Shown piece by piece: positions 35,232-45,204 of a DNA stretch of 64,000 nt (its first letter is position 1; the number at the start of each line of letters is the position of its first letter). The position numbers were made by a program, and so were the translations under genes. Below the pieces are notes generated by a model. The model was not told where the DNA came from and did not search any database. It saw only the letters and a program-made list of their open reading frames with translations. Source of the DNA: Phycisphaerae bacterium (GTDB lineage Bacteria; Planctomycetota; Phycisphaerae; Phycisphaerales; UBA5793); contig JBDIVQ010000002.1 in assembly GCA_039794345.1 (NCBI GenBank), positions 6,558-70,557 of the forward strand, written 5' to 3'.

Positions 35232-37194
35232 GAACACGCCGCAGTCGATCGAGATCACCGCCGCAGCGCAGATCGATATCGAGGCTGCTGCCGGCGAGGG
35301 TCAGACGGCATTGCCGCGCTTCAAGATGGTGGCGTACTCCGGCAGCGCCATGCGTGTGGCTGCGTGGCGCTATCCCGTCATTCTCGACCTAGCCGGCCTC
35401 AACATCCCCTCGCAGATGCGGCCGATCCGTTTCAGCCATGATCCAGCCTCGGGTGTCGGTCACACCGACACGATCCGCATCGAGCAAGGGCAACTCATCG
35501 CCTCGGGACTCGTATCGCGCGACACACCAACCGCCCGCGAGATCGTCACCTCCTCGAAGAACGGCTTCCCCTGGCAGGCGTCGGTGGGCGCCTCGGTCGA
35601 GGAGTTCGAGTTCATCCGCGAGGGGCAGAAGGTGCTCGTCAACGGCCGGGAGTTCGCCGGGCCGGTCAACGTCGTCCGCAAGGCGACACTCGGCGAGATC
35701 AGTTTCGTGGACCTCGGGGCGGATGGCAAGACCAGTGTAAATGTCGCGGCGATCGCTGCGAATCAGGAGAACATCATGGACGGTGACACGAAGGACAACG
35801 GGGCCAGCAACAACGGCACGGTGACACAGACCAAGCCGGAGACAGCGCACGATGACGCGAGCAAGGTCAACGCCAGCGCCGTCGAGGACATCCGTGCGCA
35901 GGCGCTCGCCGAGACGAGTCGCATCTCAGCCGTGCGCCGCCTTTGCGCCGGCCAGCATCACGAGATCGAGGCCAAAGCAATCAGCGAAGGGTGGGATGCG
36001 ACCCGCACCGAACTGGAGATCCTCCGCGCCAACCGGCCCAAGGCCCCGGCGATCCACGTCCATGACCAGAATGTGAGCACCCAGGTGCTCGAAGCGGCGT
36101 GCCTGCTCACCGCCGGTCTCGATGCGCCCGAGAAGCACTGTGACAACCAGGCGCTCGACTTGGCGGCCAAGCGGTTCCGCGGCGGCATCGGCTTGCAGGA
36201 ACTGCTCCTCGAAGCGGCGTGGGCCAACGGGTACAGCGGTCGCAACTTCCGCGACAGCCGCAATGTGCTCAAGTTTGCCTTCAACCCCGGCATCGAGGCC
36301 GGTCTGAGCACGATCGACATCGGCGGCATTCTGAGCAATGTCGCCAACAAGTTCCTCCTCGAAGGCTTCTTCTCCGTCGAGCGGACCTGGCGGAACATCA
36401 CCGCCGTGCGCAATGTCAGTGACTTCAAGACGGTGACGTCCTATCGACTCGTCGGCAAGGACCAGTACGAGATCGTCGCCCCCGGCGGTGAACTCAAGCA
36501 CGGCACTCTTGGCGAGGAGCAGTACACCAACAAGGCCGACACCTACGGCCTGCTGCTCGCCATCGACCGGCGCGACATCATCAACGATGATCTCGGCGCC
36601 ATCACGACTGTGCCGCGCAAGTTGGGGCGTGGATCAGGCCTGAAGATCAACGATGTCTTCTGGTCGATCTTCATGGTTAACAGCGACTTCTTCAAGACTG
36701 ACAACAAGAACTTCCTCAGTGGGGCTGACACGGTTCTGAGCATCGACGGCCTGACCAAGGCCGAGGTCGCCTTCATGGATCAGGTCGATGGCGATGGCAA
36801 GCCCATCGGCGTGATGCCCGCGATCATGCTCGTGCCCACGGCGCTTTCCGCCATCGGCAGCCAACTCTTCAAGAGCATGGAACTGCGCGACACGACCGCG
36901 AGCACGAAGTACCCCGTGTCCAACCCGCACCAGGGCAAGTTCCGCGTCGAGGTCAGCCGGTACCTGAGCAACGCCCAGTACACCGGCAACTCGAGCAAGG
37001 CGTGGTATCTGCTCGCCGATGCGGCCGACCTGCCGGTGATCGAGGTCGCCTTCCTCAACGGGCAGGAGTCGCCGACGATCGAGACGGCTGAGGCGGACTT
37101 CAACGTGCTGGGCATCCAGATGCGCGGCTATCACGACTTCGGTGTGAACCTTCAGGATCCGCGTGGCGGAGTGAAAGCAAAGGGTGAGGCGTAA
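35185..37194 (+). CDS. fused prohead protease (S78/HK97-type), scaffold-like linker and major capsid protein
   Basis: N-terminal IRFSHDPASGVGHTD...WQASVGASVEE...ATLGEISFVDLGADGKT (protease His/Ser contexts). C-terminal LSTIDIGGILSNVANKFLLEGFFSVERTWRNI...DRRDIINDDLGAI resembles Mu gpT/HK97-fold capsids. Confidence 0.65.
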   Translation: MARSKTPTRSAASPPENTPQSIEITAAAQIDIEAAAGEGQTALPRFKMVAYSGSAMRVAAWRYPVILDLAGLNIPSQMRPIRFSHDPASGVGHTDTIRIEQGQLIASGLVSRDTPTAREIVTSSKNGFPWQASVGASVEEFEFIREGQKVLVNGREFAGPVNVVRKATLGEISFVDLGADGKTSVNVAAIAANQENIMDGDTKDNGASNNGTVTQTKPETAHDDASKVNASAVEDIRAQALAETSRISAVRRLCAGQHHEIEAKAISEGWDATRTELEILRANRPKAPAIHVHDQNVSTQVLEAACLLTAGLDAPEKHCDNQALDLAAKRFRGGIGLQELLLEAAWANGYSGRNFRDSRNVLKFAFNPGIEAGLSTIDIGGILSNVANKFLLEGFFSVERTWRNITAVRNVSDFKTVTSYRLVGKDQYEIVAPGGELKHGTLGEEQYTNKADTYGLLLAIDRRDIINDDLGAITTVPRKLGRGSGLKINDVFWSIFMVNSDFFKTDNKNFLSGADTVLSIDGLTKAEVAFMDQVDGDGKPIGVMPAIMLVPTALSAIGSQLFKSMELRDTTASTKYPVSNPHQGKFRVEVSRYLSNAQYTGNSSKAWYLLADAADLPVIEVAFLNGQESPTIETAEADFNVLGIQMRGYHDFGVNLQDPRGGVKAKGEA

Positions 37195-37239
37195 GCACTC
37201 AACGACTCGCATCGTTGAAACACGATCAGGAGATCAGTC

Positions 37240-37935
37240 ATGACACAGGCAAGGTTCGTCTCACAGGGCAGTGCGATCGACTACACGCCCGGCAGCGCGG
37301 TTGCAGCCGGTCAGGTGGTGGTCCAGAGCACACTGCCGGGATTTGCGCGTACGCCCATCGCCGCCAACGCGCTGGGATCGCTGGGCGTGGCCGGCATCTA
37401 CGACATCGTCAAGGTGACGGGCGCGATCGACGCCGGCACTGCGGTCTACTGGGATGCCAACGGCGATCCCGTGGGCGGCACCGCGGGGACCGGCGCGTTG
37501 ACGACCACCTCGACCGGCAACGCCTATCTCGGCAAGACGGTCAGGGCCGCAGCCGAGTCCGACGCCACCGCCCGCGTGATCGTCGATCACTCCGTCATCG
37601 GCCTGCAAAGCACACTGACCGGCGCCATCCCCGATCCCGGCGATGCCGGTGCGATTCCCGTCGCGCAGTCGGGTTACGTGCCGATCGTGACGGCCGGCTC
37701 GGAGACTCGAACGCTGGCGATCCCGACGTTTGTGGGCCAGGAGCTGCTCCTGTTCATCAAGACCGACGGCGGTACGTGCGTGATCACAGTCGCGTCGGCG
37801 ATCAACCAGACCGGCAACAACACGATCACGATGGCGGAAGTGAACGACTCGATCCGCCTCCATGCGATCGACAACGACGGCACCCTCGCCTGGCGTGTCG
37901 TGTGCAACGATGGCGCTGCGCTCTCGACGGTGTGA
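37240..37935 (+). CDS. DUF2190-like head decoration/cement protein with a C-terminal extension
   Basis: GSAIDYTPGSAVAAGQVVVQSTLPGFARTPIAANALGSLGVAGIYDIVKVTGAIDAGTAVYWDANG fits the DUF2190 pattern. Confidence 0.55.
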   Translation: MTQARFVSQGSAIDYTPGSAVAAGQVVVQSTLPGFARTPIAANALGSLGVAGIYDIVKVTGAIDAGTAVYWDANGDPVGGTAGTGALTTTSTGNAYLGKTVRAAAESDATARVIVDHSVIGLQSTLTGAIPDPGDAGAIPVAQSGYVPIVTAGSETRTLAIPTFVGQELLLFIKTDGGTCVITVASAINQTGNNTITMAEVNDSIRLHAIDNDGTLAWRVVCNDGAALSTV

Positions 37936-37941
37936 TGCATC

Positions 37942-38325
37942 ATGACCGATTTGCTCAGCCAGGGATTGTCATGGCTCGAAGATCAGCGTCACCAGCACCT
38001 GACGCGGACGGTGACGTACCGGCGCGGAGTGGACGAAGTGGAACTGGCGGCGACGATCGGCCGCACCGTCTTCGAACAGGACGACCATGCGGGCGGGCTC
38101 ATGCGCATCGAATCGCGGGACTTTCTCATTCGCGCCGCCGATCTCGTCCTCACCGCTGAAACGACACTGCCCCAGCCCGGCGATCGAATCATCGAGAGCG
38201 ATTCGATCGCCACGTACACATACGAGGTCATGGCTCCGGGCACTGAGCCACCTTGGCGGTACAGCGACGTGAACCGGGCCACCCTGCGCATCCACACCAA
38301 GCAAGTGGCGACGGAGGCATCGTGA
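37942..38325 (+). CDS. head-tail connector candidate
   Basis: 127 aa; assigned from its position between the head and tail genes. Confidence 0.4.
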   Translation: MTDLLSQGLSWLEDQRHQHLTRTVTYRRGVDEVELAATIGRTVFEQDDHAGGLMRIESRDFLIRAADLVLTAETTLPQPGDRIIESDSIATYTYEVMAPGTEPPWRYSDVNRATLRIHTKQVATEAS

Positions 38326-38747
38326 GCAGCACGATCCTGACCATTGCCGATGCGATTATGGCGAGCCTCAACGGAGCCTCGTTCTCGATGCCCTTCACCG
38401 CCGAGCGCCACCTTGTGCCCAGCCTCGGACTCGAAGACCTGGCGAACCTGCACGTCACCGTCGTGCCTCGGACTGTAACGCGCACCGCCTCGGGTCGTCG
38501 CGACTCCTGGCTCGATTGCACGATCGACGTGGGGGTGCAGAAGAAGGTGGCGGGCGATCCGGATGCCGATGCGCTCATCACGCTGGTCGAGGAGATCGCC
38601 GAACACCTGAGTCACCAGCGGCTGGCCGGGGCGCCCGAGGCGGCATGGCTCAACACAGCCACCGATCCCTTGATTGCAGCCGAGCATCTCGACCAGCAGC
38701 GCGCATTCACGAGTGTCGTGTCGGTCACCTACAGGGTGAGGCAGTAG
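38322..38747 (+). CDS. neck/tail-completion candidate
   Basis: GTG 38322 has a GTGA overlap with the previous gene. 141 aa. Confidence 0.4.
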   Translation: MSSTILTIADAIMASLNGASFSMPFTAERHLVPSLGLEDLANLHVTVVPRTVTRTASGRRDSWLDCTIDVGVQKKVAGDPDADALITLVEEIAEHLSHQRLAGAPEAAWLNTATDPLIAAEHLDQQRAFTSVVSVTYRVRQ

Positions 38748-38768
38748 ACGACGAAAGGACGATGACCC

Positions 38769-39200
38769 ATGGGCTTCAAACTCGGCATGGAGGCCGTCCT
38801 CAACTACAAGGTGGACGGCCAGGGCGCTGGCGGAGCGTGGACGGAACTGACCAATGTCCGCGACGTGACGCTCAATCTCGAAGCGGCCGAGGCGGATCTG
38901 ACCACGCGCGGCAACCAGGGCTGGCGCGCCAACGTCGCCACGCTCAAGTCCGCCACCATCGAGTTCGAGATGGTGTGGGATACGGCTGACGCCGGCTTCA
39001 CCGCGATCAGGAACGCGTATCTCAATAACGGAATCATCGGATTCCAGGTCCTCGATAACACCGGCGGCGAGGGGTTACAGGCCGACTTCATGATCAGTTC
39101 CTTCAGTCGCAGCGAGCCGCTCGAGGAAGGCATCACCGTCTCGGTGACGGCCAAGGTCGCCTACTCAGCTGCGCCGCCCTCGTGGATCGGAGGTGCATAA
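38769..39200 (+). CDS. major tail protein (TP901-1/GTA-like family)
   Basis: MGFKLGMEAVLNYKVDG...WTELTNVRDVTLNLEAAEADLTTRGNQGWRANVATLKSATIEFEMVWD has the pattern and size typical of this family. Confidence 0.7.
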   Translation: MGFKLGMEAVLNYKVDGQGAGGAWTELTNVRDVTLNLEAAEADLTTRGNQGWRANVATLKSATIEFEMVWDTADAGFTAIRNAYLNNGIIGFQVLDNTGGEGLQADFMISSFSRSEPLEEGITVSVTAKVAYSAAPPSWIGGA

Positions 39201-39802
39201 TGCCCAGCAGTACCCTGTCACTTTCCGGCGAGATCGGCGGCGCGCCGCTGGGGGCAACCCTTCAGCGCACCGCGGACGGCTCCATCCGCCAGGGCCCGAT
39301 CACGCTCCCCGCCGCCGAGGCTGGCACGCTCTCGACGCGCAGCACCGACACCACCGGAGTGCTCACCATCGCGGGCACCACCCTTCAGATCGGCGATGTG
39401 ATCGACATCTACTGGGATGGCGGCCGGCGCTACGACGTGGATGTGAGCAATGTGGTGGCCGATGCCGTCACATTCTCTGGCGGAGCCGGCGATGTGCTGC
39501 CCGCTCAGGACACCGCGGTGACGGCCGCCGAGCAGGTTGCGATCGCCCTGGCGTTCAGCGGCGATGAACTCGTCGCCATCGGCGCCAAACTCGGAGAACG
39601 CGGGCATTTGAGCGTGCGTGACACCGGTGTGACCGCGCTGTCGATCGACCTCGTGAAGAACGAAACATGGTTCTGGCTCGACGGCCAGCAGATCGCCAAT
39701 CCGCTCGCAGGCGACTCGGTCGATGGCCTCATGGCGAGCAACGCATCGTCCGCGGCGTCGGCTGTCCTGAACCTCGGCGTGCTCTACGACTCGACGCCGT
39801 GA
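39200..39802 (+). CDS. hypothetical tail-module protein
   Basis: TAATG overlap with the major tail gene. 200 aa. Confidence 0.45.
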   Translation: MPSSTLSLSGEIGGAPLGATLQRTADGSIRQGPITLPAAEAGTLSTRSTDTTGVLTIAGTTLQIGDVIDIYWDGGRRYDVDVSNVVADAVTFSGGAGDVLPAQDTAVTAAEQVAIALAFSGDELVAIGAKLGERGHLSVRDTGVTALSIDLVKNETWFWLDGQQIANPLAGDSVDGLMASNASSAASAVLNLGVLYDSTP

Positions 39803-39849
39803 GCGATCAGAATGGATGGATGCGAACTCTTCAACGATTGGAGCAGGAC

Positions 39850-40035
39850 ATGGCATACATCGGCCTCGGCATGTACGGACTGTTCTTCCTCTGGCTGATC
39901 TGGCTCCTCCACAGGGAGACCAGGGACCAGCAGATCAAGGCCGTGCGAACCTTCCCGGACGGCAAGCCGGGCGACGGAACAGAGACTCCATCGGAGGAGG
40001 CTGCCAGTGAAGACCTTCAGGGACAACGCGGGTAA
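39850..40035 (+). CDS. small single-pass membrane protein
   Basis: MAYIGLGMYGLFFLWLIWLLHRE contains a TM helix. GGAGCAGG lies upstream. Alternative start ATG 39820. Confidence 0.4.
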   Translation: MAYIGLGMYGLFFLWLIWLLHRETRDQQIKAVRTFPDGKPGDGTETPSEEAASEDLQGQRG

Positions 40036-40501
40036 CGAGTGGTCCGTCGAGATCAACGTCGCCGCCCTCAAACGCATTCGCTCACTCACCGGAACGGACC
40101 TGCTCGAAGTGATCAGCGGCGGCGATCTGCTCGAACGCCTCATGCGCGACCCGGTGCTCCTGTGCGACATCCTCTTCGCACTCGTCAAGCCGCAGGCGGA
40201 TCAGAAGCAGATCAGCGATGAAACCTTCGGCGCGGCGATGGCCGGCGACGCGATCGACTCCGCCACGGCCGCCCTGCTCGATGAACTGGTGGCTTTCTGC
40301 CCCAGCCCGAGGGACCGGGCCAACCTCGGGCGGGTGCTGCTGGTGGTCCGGCAGGCGATGGACAAGGCCCGCGATGTCGTCGAGGCGCGACTGGAAGGCG
40401 GCGAGATCGAAAGGATCGTGGAGGAAGCCCTGACTCAACCGACCTCTGGCAACTCATCTGGCGCTGCGCCGGCATCCTCGGCCTCGACCCCGGCAACCTG
40501 A
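40007..40501 (+). CDS. tail assembly chaperone (G-like)
   Basis: GTG 40007 has GGAGGAGG upstream. Assigned from its position just before the tape measure gene. Confidence 0.5.
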   Translation: MKTFRDNAGNEWSVEINVAALKRIRSLTGTDLLEVISGGDLLERLMRDPVLLCDILFALVKPQADQKQISDETFGAAMAGDAIDSATAALLDELVAFCPSPRDRANLGRVLLVVRQAMDKARDVVEARLEGGEIERIVEEALTQPTSGNSSGAAPASSASTPAT

Positions 40502-40521
40502 CACTGCGTGACCTGCTCGCA

Positions 40522-40734
40522 ATGGCGGAGCAACGCCAGCGCGACGAGTGGGCGAGGACTTCATCGATCATGGCACTCATCGCCAACACGCAGCGGAATC
40601 CAAAGCGGCAGCGGGCCGCCAGGCCGAGCGATTTCGATCCGTTCTCACACAAGCGCGCCGTGATGAAGGCGGACGTGTCGGTACTCAAGGAAGTGTTCAT
40701 CGAGGGGCGCGTGCCCAGCCGGCCCCGGGAGTAG
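40522..40734 (+). CDS. chaperone extension (T-like) in the -1 frame
   Basis: This frame is open from 40222. The upstream in-frame peptide LWQLIWRCAGILGLDPGNLTLRDLLAMAEQRQRDEW looks coding but has no ATG or GTG before 40522. Confidence 0.45.
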   Translation: MAEQRQRDEWARTSSIMALIANTQRNPKRQRAARPSDFDPFSHKRAVMKADVSVLKEVFIEGRVPSRPRE

Positions 40735-40736
40735 CG

Positions 40737-41174
40737 ATGCTCGACCTGCGTATCAAGCAGATGTTCTTCGACCGGCCCAAAGTCATGCGGGCCGTCGATC
40801 GTGCGCGTCGGACGGTGCTCTCCAGGGCCGGCGCCTTCATCCGCCAGACCGCCCGCACCAGCATCCGCAAGCGCAAGGGCACGAGCACCCCGGGTAACCC
40901 GCCATACTCGCACGTCGGCCTGTTGCGGAAGTTCATCCTGTTCGGTTACGACCGACAGAGCGAGTCCGTCGTGGTTGGTCCGGTGGGATTCAGGGGCTCG
41001 ACTGCGCCGCGCGTGCTCGAACAGGGCGGCACGACGACGGTCACGCGGAGGCGGCGCGGCAAGCGCGCTGAGCGCCGCGTTCGCATCGCGGCCCGTCCCT
41101 ACATGAACCCGGCGCTGGAGAAGGAGCGGCCGAAGTTGCCGGAACTCTGGCGCAACAGTGTGAGGGGGACGTGA
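40737..41174 (+). CDS. HK97 gp10-like neck/tail component (tentative)
   Basis: MLDLRIKQMFFDRPKVMRAVDRARRTVLSRAGAFIRQTARTSI...GNPPYSHVGLLRKFILFGYD. Confidence 0.35.
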   Translation: MLDLRIKQMFFDRPKVMRAVDRARRTVLSRAGAFIRQTARTSIRKRKGTSTPGNPPYSHVGLLRKFILFGYDRQSESVVVGPVGFRGSTAPRVLEQGGTTTVTRRRRGKRAERRVRIAARPYMNPALEKERPKLPELWRNSVRGT

Positions 41175-41191
41175 TGTCAAACTCGACGACC

Positions 41192-41605
41192 TCACTCAGG
41201 AGCGAACATCGACGGCGGTGGCTGACGCGATGCAGTAAAGTGGTCCGCGAGTTCGTCGATGATCATCGCGCCGTACGCATCGAGCGATTCTCGCACCCGG
41301 TCGTCAACGGGCATGCCGTAGATGTGCAGTACGCCCCAAGGCGGATCAGCCTCGAAGACGCCGTGATGGTCGTCAATAGTTCCCAGGATGCCGTCGAAGA
41401 GTCCGTACGCATCGGTGTAGCCGGACTGATCGAATACCGTCACACCCGATTCGATCGAGTATTCCGGACTACGCACCCAGATTTCATCGGCGATGCGCTT
41501 GTTTGCCGGAGTGTCGGCGATCCAGACGTGCATCCGTCGCGAGAGCGTGCGGAGCGCATCGCCAAAGTTAGGATCGAAGACGATGGCGACGCGGTGAGCC
41601 GTCAT
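41192..41605 (-). CDS. opposite-strand hypothetical protein (moron) inside the tail module
   Basis: MTAHRVAIVFDPNFGDALRTLSRRMHVWIADTPANKRIADEIWVRSPEYSIESGVTVFDQSGYTDAYGLFDGILG... is more protein-like than the overlapping + ORF 41171..41641. GC is lower. Confidence 0.55.
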   Translation of the reverse strand: MTAHRVAIVFDPNFGDALRTLSRRMHVWIADTPANKRIADEIWVRSPEYSIESGVTVFDQSGYTDAYGLFDGILGTIDDHHGVFEADPPWGVLHIYGMPVDDRVRESLDAYGAMIIDELADHFTASRQPPPSMFAPE

Positions 41606-43607
41606 GCGCGCATTGTACTACCGGGGGTGCAAGGTGGCTAACACTCAGGGCATCCGCGCCGGGCGGGCATTCGTCGAGATCGGCGGCGACGATTCGCGTC
41701 TGCTACGCGCCCTGAAACGCGCGCAGGCAAGGCTGAAAGCTTTCGGCGCCGGTGTGCGCCAACTCGGACTGCGCGCCGTCGCCGCGTCGGCCGCCATCCT
41801 CGCGCCACTCGCCGGCGCCACGAAGATCTTCGCGTCCGCAGGCGATCAACTCGACAAGATGGCCGCCCGTACGGGCGTGAGTGTCGAGGCTCTCTCCGAA
41901 CTTGGATTCGCGGCCGAGCAGTCCGGAGCGGACATCGAGACACTCGAAAACGGCATCCGCGTGATGCAACGCACCATCAACGACGCCCGGCGTGGGCTCT
42001 CGACCGCCACGGACGCTTTTGCCGACCTCGGCCTGAGTGTCGAGCATCTGGCTGCACTCTCGCCTGAAGATCAGTTCCAGGCCATTGCCGACGCGATCAG
42101 TCGAGTCGAAGACCCGTCCAAACGCGCGGCTCTGGCGATGCAGGTGCTCGGCAGATCGGGCACCAAACTCCTGCCGTTGCTGGGCAACATCCGTCAGTTG
42201 CGCGGTCAGGCCAGCGGCCTGGGCCTGACGATCTCGACGAAGGACGCTTCCAGTGCGGCCCTCCTCACCGACACGCTCAACATCCTCTGGCGCACAGTGC
42301 GTGTCGGCGCCTTCGTCATCGGTTCCGCGTTGGCGCCGACGATCATCGACCTGAGCAATCGCATCACCCGCATCATCATCGCCACCAACGAGTGGATCAA
42401 GGCGAACCGTGAGTCGGTCGTCTGGGTCGCCAGGGTTGGTGTCGCGATCGGTGGCGTGGGCGCGATCCTCATCGCCACTGGACTGGCGTTCACTCTGCTC
42501 AGTATTGCCGTGGGTGGACTTGGCGGCGCACTGGGCATCGCGGCGGCCATAATCGCCAAGGTCGGCGTGGTCCTGGCCGCGATCCTCTCGCCAATTGGTC
42601 TGCTCATCACCGCCGCCGCATTGCTCGGCGGGACTGTGGTCGCGTGGTCCGGCGCGGGAGGCGCTGCCCTTCAGTGGCTGCGCGATCGGTTCGGTGAACT
42701 CGGCACATTCGTCGGCACCGTCATCGGTGGCATCCGCGATGCACTTGCCGGCGGCGACATCGCACTGGCCGCGCGCGTCCTCTGGGCCGGTCTTCGGGTT
42801 GGGTGGGAACAGGGCATCCAGCCATTGCGTCAGGCCTGGATCGGATTCAGCGCCGGCTTCCAGCGCGCGGCCATCATCGCCTTCTCGGGAACTCGCAAGG
42901 CATGGATCGAGGTGCGCGACTGGTTCGAGCGAAACTTCCCGAACTTCACCGCCGGCATCGCCAAGGGTTGGGCGAATCTCGCCTCGGGTGTGCAACGCAT
43001 CTGGGCCCGCGTCACCAACTGGCTCGCCGATCGATTCACCGAGGTCATGGGGATTCTCGATGAGGCGCTCGATGTCGATGCCGCCAAGGCGCTGAACCGC
43101 CAGGAATTCGACGCCGACCTTGGCCGGATCGAGTCGCAGCGCAAGGACGCGATCGCAGAGGCCGAGCGCCGTCGCAACCGCACCGATGCCGAGCGTGAGC
43201 AGGAGAGGGAAGCGGCCCTCAATGCCGTCGATGCCCAGCGCGATGAAGCCCTGGCGCAACTTGACGAGCAGACCGCTCAGCGTGTCCGCCAGGCCGAAGA
43301 AGCCCTCGCCCGCACCAAGCAGGAACTCGATGAAGCGCTCGCGGCCGCGCGTGAGCGGCGCGAGCAGGCGCTCACCGACGGGCAGGACCCTGCGTCACTC
43401 GCACTCCAGCGCCTGGCCGACTTTGGCGATCAACTCGATGCCCTCGCCAGCCGCGTCAGTGTGCGCGGCACCTTCGACGCCTCGGCCGTCCGTGGTCTCG
43501 CCGCCGGTGATGACAGCGCTGAGCGCACCGCCCGCGCCACCGAGCAGACCGCACGCCACACCAAGCGCCTCGTCGAGGCGTCCAGCAAGGGACTGGCCTT
43601 CGGATGA
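41604..43607 (+). CDS. tail tape measure protein
   Basis: AGDQLDKMAARTGVSVEALSELGFAAEQSGADIETLENGIRVMQRTINDA (TP901-type core), hydrophobic glycine-rich TM-like segments, and a long C-terminal coiled coil. Alternative start GTG 41634. Confidence 0.85.
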   Translation: MRALYYRGCKVANTQGIRAGRAFVEIGGDDSRLLRALKRAQARLKAFGAGVRQLGLRAVAASAAILAPLAGATKIFASAGDQLDKMAARTGVSVEALSELGFAAEQSGADIETLENGIRVMQRTINDARRGLSTATDAFADLGLSVEHLAALSPEDQFQAIADAISRVEDPSKRAALAMQVLGRSGTKLLPLLGNIRQLRGQASGLGLTISTKDASSAALLTDTLNILWRTVRVGAFVIGSALAPTIIDLSNRITRIIIATNEWIKANRESVVWVARVGVAIGGVGAILIATGLAFTLLSIAVGGLGGALGIAAAIIAKVGVVLAAILSPIGLLITAAALLGGTVVAWSGAGGAALQWLRDRFGELGTFVGTVIGGIRDALAGGDIALAARVLWAGLRVGWEQGIQPLRQAWIGFSAGFQRAAIIAFSGTRKAWIEVRDWFERNFPNFTAGIAKGWANLASGVQRIWARVTNWLADRFTEVMGILDEALDVDAAKALNRQEFDADLGRIESQRKDAIAEAERRRNRTDAEREQEREAALNAVDAQRDEALAQLDEQTAQRVRQAEEALARTKQELDEALAAARERREQALTDGQDPASLALQRLADFGDQLDALASRVSVRGTFDASAVRGLAAGDDSAERTARATEQTARHTKRLVEASSKGLAFG

Positions 43608-44404
43608 CCACGGAAGTTCAAGAACGCGGGATCAGCAGGACCTCCAGCAGCGGCCGCAGTCCATCGACCGAGCGCCTCTACTGGGTGCGCGGCACAAGCG
43701 ATGACCTCGAAGCCCTCAACGCGCTCGAAGCCGAGGCGCCATCCTTCCACGGCGGCTTGCCGCTCTACCAGGTCCGTGTCGAAGAGGCTGGCCCCGATCT
43801 CTACGACGGCACCGTCATCTACCAGGTCGATTCCTCCACCGACCCGCCCGGCACCGGCGAGAGCAATTTCACCTTCGAGACCGGCGGCGGCAGTGAGCAC
43901 ATCACCCAGTCGCTCGCCACGATCGCTTCGTACGCCCCGCCCGGCAAGACCGCGCCGGATTTCAAGGGCGCCATCGGCGTCACCGCCGACAGTGTCGAGG
44001 GTGTGGATATCGTCGTGCCCGTCTACCAGTTCACCGAGACGCACTACCTCGACGACAGTCTGGTGACGCCCACATATAAAGGTACGCTCTTCGCCCTCAC
44101 CGGCCGGGTCAACGATGCCCCTTTCAAGGGCTTCAACGCGGGTGAGTGCCTGTTCCTGGGCGTGAGCGGCTCCAAACGCGGCCAGGGCGACTGGGAACTG
44201 ACATTCCGATTCGCCTCGCGACCCAACCGCACCGGACTGAGCATCGGCGACATCACCGGCATCGACAAGAAGGGCTGGGAATACCTCTGGGTCAGGTATG
44301 CCGAGGCGGAGGACGCGACGGCCGGCGCGATCGTGAAGCGCCCTGTCGCGGTGTATGTCGAGCGGGTCTATGAGTCCGGTGATTTCACGGCGCTGGGGAT
44401 CTGA
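43604..44404 (+). CDS. distal tail protein candidate
   Basis: ATGA overlap with the tape measure gene. 266 aa. Assigned by position. Confidence 0.45.
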   Translation: MTTEVQERGISRTSSSGRSPSTERLYWVRGTSDDLEALNALEAEAPSFHGGLPLYQVRVEEAGPDLYDGTVIYQVDSSTDPPGTGESNFTFETGGGSEHITQSLATIASYAPPGKTAPDFKGAIGVTADSVEGVDIVVPVYQFTETHYLDDSLVTPTYKGTLFALTGRVNDAPFKGFNAGECLFLGVSGSKRGQGDWELTFRFASRPNRTGLSIGDITGIDKKGWEYLWVRYAEAEDATAGAIVKRPVAVYVERVYESGDFTALGI

Positions 44405-44406
44405 CA

Positions 44407-45204
44407 ATGAGTGGCGATGCACTCCGCAAGGTGAAATCCGGCGACCCGCTGCGCATCCCCGCGCCGGCCTACAACGCCTTTGTCGATGCGGCAATCGACC
44501 TGCGCCGTCGCCAGCATGAGGAATCGCGCGAGCCGCAGCGCCTGCGCCGCGATAGCGACATCATCCTCGTGCGCAACGACAGCGGATCGACGGTGCCGCG
44601 CTTCGGCATCCTCGGCCTCGACGCGCCGATTGTCGCCCCCGGCAACGCGCTGGAGATCGAACGCGTCGCCTTCATCGGCGTCACGCCGACATCGGGGCAC
44701 GCGGGCCGCTTCGCCGTCCTGCTCGAGACAGCGGCCGCCGGCGCGATCGTCCGCGCTGCGGTCGGCGGCGTGGTTCCCGTCACGATCAACGTCAACGACG
44801 CCAATCACCAGTACGTCGATGTCATTCCCGGATCGACGGTCCGTCTCCAGACGGCGCACAGCGGCGCGGCTCACATTCTGTGGCGCGAGCCGAGCGTCGC
44901 GCTGGGGATCGCAGCGGTCGTGCGTCTGCCGTCCATCGCCGGCGTCAGTTGCCTCGGGTCGTGCCTCATCTTCGACAGCAACGGCTGCCCGGCATTCGAT
45001 CTCCAGACCGCCAGCCAGGTGAACGCCACGGTCGTCACCGGCGGCTCGCTCTCCATCGTCGCCGGCACGCCTAAGAAGCTCCGCCTCACACTCACCCGCG
45101 CCACGGTGACTTTCAACCGCAACGCCTGCGGCGCAGTGATCGGCGTCTCGTCAAGCGGCGCTTCGTCGGTCACTTCCGATCTCAACCTTGACCAGTGCGA
45201 ATGA
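44407..45204 (+). CDS. tail tip/baseplate candidate
   Basis: 265 aa. Assigned by position. Confidence 0.4.
   Translation: MSGDALRKVKSGDPLRIPAPAYNAFVDAAIDLRRRQHEESREPQRLRRDSDIILVRNDSGSTVPRFGILGLDAPIVAPGNALEIERVAFIGVTPTSGHAGRFAVLLETAAAGAIVRAAVGGVVPVTINVNDANHQYVDVIPGSTVRLQTAHSGAAHILWREPSVALGIAAVVRLPSIAGVSCLGSCLIFDSNGCPAFDLQTASQVNATVVTGGSLSIVAGTPKKLRLTLTRATVTFNRNACGAVIGVSSSGASSVTSDLNLDQCE

Noticed and set aside
41703-43259. 518-aa minus-strand ORF
   Set aside because: It is antisense to the tape measure gene, which has the TP901-type core motif and sits in the expected position.
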